64,000 nucleotides of DNA from Phoronis australis. Lineage: Eukaryota > Animalia > Phoronida. The first letter of the stretch is position 1, and every line of letters starts with the position of its first letter. Positions 63,808-64,000 of the stretch are shown here, piece after piece. Below the pieces are notes generated by a model. It was not told where the DNA came from. It saw only the letters and a list, made by a program, of their open reading frames with translations, and did not search any database. The stretch is from contig NMRA01000143.1 in the NCBI GenBank assembly GCA_002633005.1, forward strand, positions 315,402-379,401, read 5' to 3'. A program made the position numbers and the translations under genes.

Positions 63808-64000
63808 ACACACACTTTTATAGTGAGGCAATATAACACACACCTTTACAGTGAACACAATCCTTTATAGAGAGAAGATAAAACACACACCTTTGTAGTG
63901 AGACGGTATAACACACACCTTTGTAGTGAACACAAACCTTTACAGTGAACACACACCTTTATAGTGAACACACACTTTTATAGTGAACACACACCTTTAT
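63808..64000. repeat. Degenerate ~20-bp minisatellite ACACACACCTTTATAGTGA
   Basis: Repeated units running to the end of the window. Confidence 0.8.

Overview
Eukaryotic, intron-rich genomic DNA, most likely from a marine invertebrate bilaterian (inferred from repeat types and patchy CpG depletion). Three spliced protein-coding genes were rebuilt by hand from GT-AG junctions with matching phases, all on the minus strand. (1) A complete MFSD12 orthologue: 11 coding exons, 37747 down to 12821, 538 aa. (2) A complete MFSD4/NAGLT1-like MFS transporter: 4 exons, 54755 down to 48136, 520 aa. (3) The last four exons of TIMM44, 63509 down to 60240. There is also an intronless 322-aa basic orphan ORF (5623-6591). 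The most striking non-genic feature is a family of non-autonomous Helentron-type (HINE/Pearl-like) elements at about 3.4-4.4, 8.9-9.2, 15.3-16.8 and 33.5-35.4 kb. Their internal ~145-161 bp tandem units each carry a co-oriented CTCF-consensus motif, arranged in a 3-unit higher-order repeat. Other repeats include a decayed HERO-like RLE retrotransposon with a nested MITE, several short MITE families, a tRNA-derived SINE, a degenerate Penelope-type hammerhead motif and many minisatellites. Three duplications flank single N gaps and look like uncollapsed haplotypes; two of them show filled and empty transposon alleles side by side.
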